DNA of 64,000 nucleotides from an uncultured Acidobacteriota bacterium (GTDB lineage Bacteria; Acidobacteriota; Vicinamibacteria; Fen-336): NCBI GenBank assembly GCA_963700695.1, contig CAVOYO010000004.1, positions 71,959 to 135,958 of the forward strand, read 5' to 3'. Shown piece by piece: positions 63,887 to 64,000 of this stretch (position 1 is its first letter; each line of letters starts with the position of its first letter). The notes under the pieces were generated by a model. It saw only the letters and a program-made list of their open reading frames with translations, ran no database searches and was not told where the DNA came from. The position numbers and the translations under genes were made by a program.

Positions 63887-64000
63887 CCTGGGTGTCCCAC
63901 CACGCTGCTCCTTCAGCGAACGCGCGGTTCGCGTCTCCTCGTTGACTCCCTCTTGCCGGGTCCGAGGCGCCCTCCCGGACCCCCGGCCGAGGCGCCGGGA

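Noticed and set aside
1-64000. tRNA, rRNA, tmRNA or other standard RNA genes.
   Set aside because: Visual inspection of the few intergenic gaps (6236-6482, 16238-16490, 19271-19383, 23551-23781, 43199-43472, 50126-50715, 58029-58523, 59249-59509) showed no cloverleaf-like or rRNA-like sequence. A tRNAscan/Infernal run would be needed for certainty.

Overview
Very GC-rich bacterial chromosomal segment (GC judged by eye, not computed). Arg/Gly/Pro/Ala-rich shadow ORFs on the opposite strand or in other frames are common, so most long overlapping ORFs in the track are artefacts. I found no rRNA, tRNA, CRISPR array, transposase or integrase.

Recognisable core genes:
- Transport: an SSS-family symporter, feoB plus a FeoA-domain gene, an RND permease with its adaptor, and a uxaC gene with a TRAP transporter (DctP/Q/M-type).
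- Bacillithiol synthesis: bshC-bshA and bshB1.
- Signalling/secretion operon: Ser/Thr kinase, PEGA/TonB_C protein, FHA/RDD protein, lepB.
- Housekeeping: carA-carB, argS, mobA, a CDP-alcohol phosphatidyltransferase and a diheme cytochrome c.

The unusual content is three giant minus-strand surface-protein loci, about 23 kb or roughly a third of the window: 7213-16237, 35534-43198 and 43473-50125.
- Each has a signal peptide and a different adhesin-like head: DUF11 repeats; SBBP beta-propeller repeats plus LamG-like and beta-helix domains; or two SLREA-type parallel beta-helix modules.
- Each ends in a gingipain-like (peptidase C25) module whose His and Cys catalytic codons are intact.
- The two tandem loci share a ~3-kb C-terminal cassette as a direct repeat offset by 7938-7939 nt.
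- The first locus sits between bshA and bshB1, and bshB1 starts 4 nt after its stop.
- All three are broken by many 1-nt indels, at least 20 in total. The rest of the window has only two clear ones, plus a C8 tract where one extra C would fuse the kinase to the downstream transmembrane PEGA protein. From sequence alone I cannot tell whether these are assembly errors, decay or phase variation.

Novelty cannot be established without database searches.
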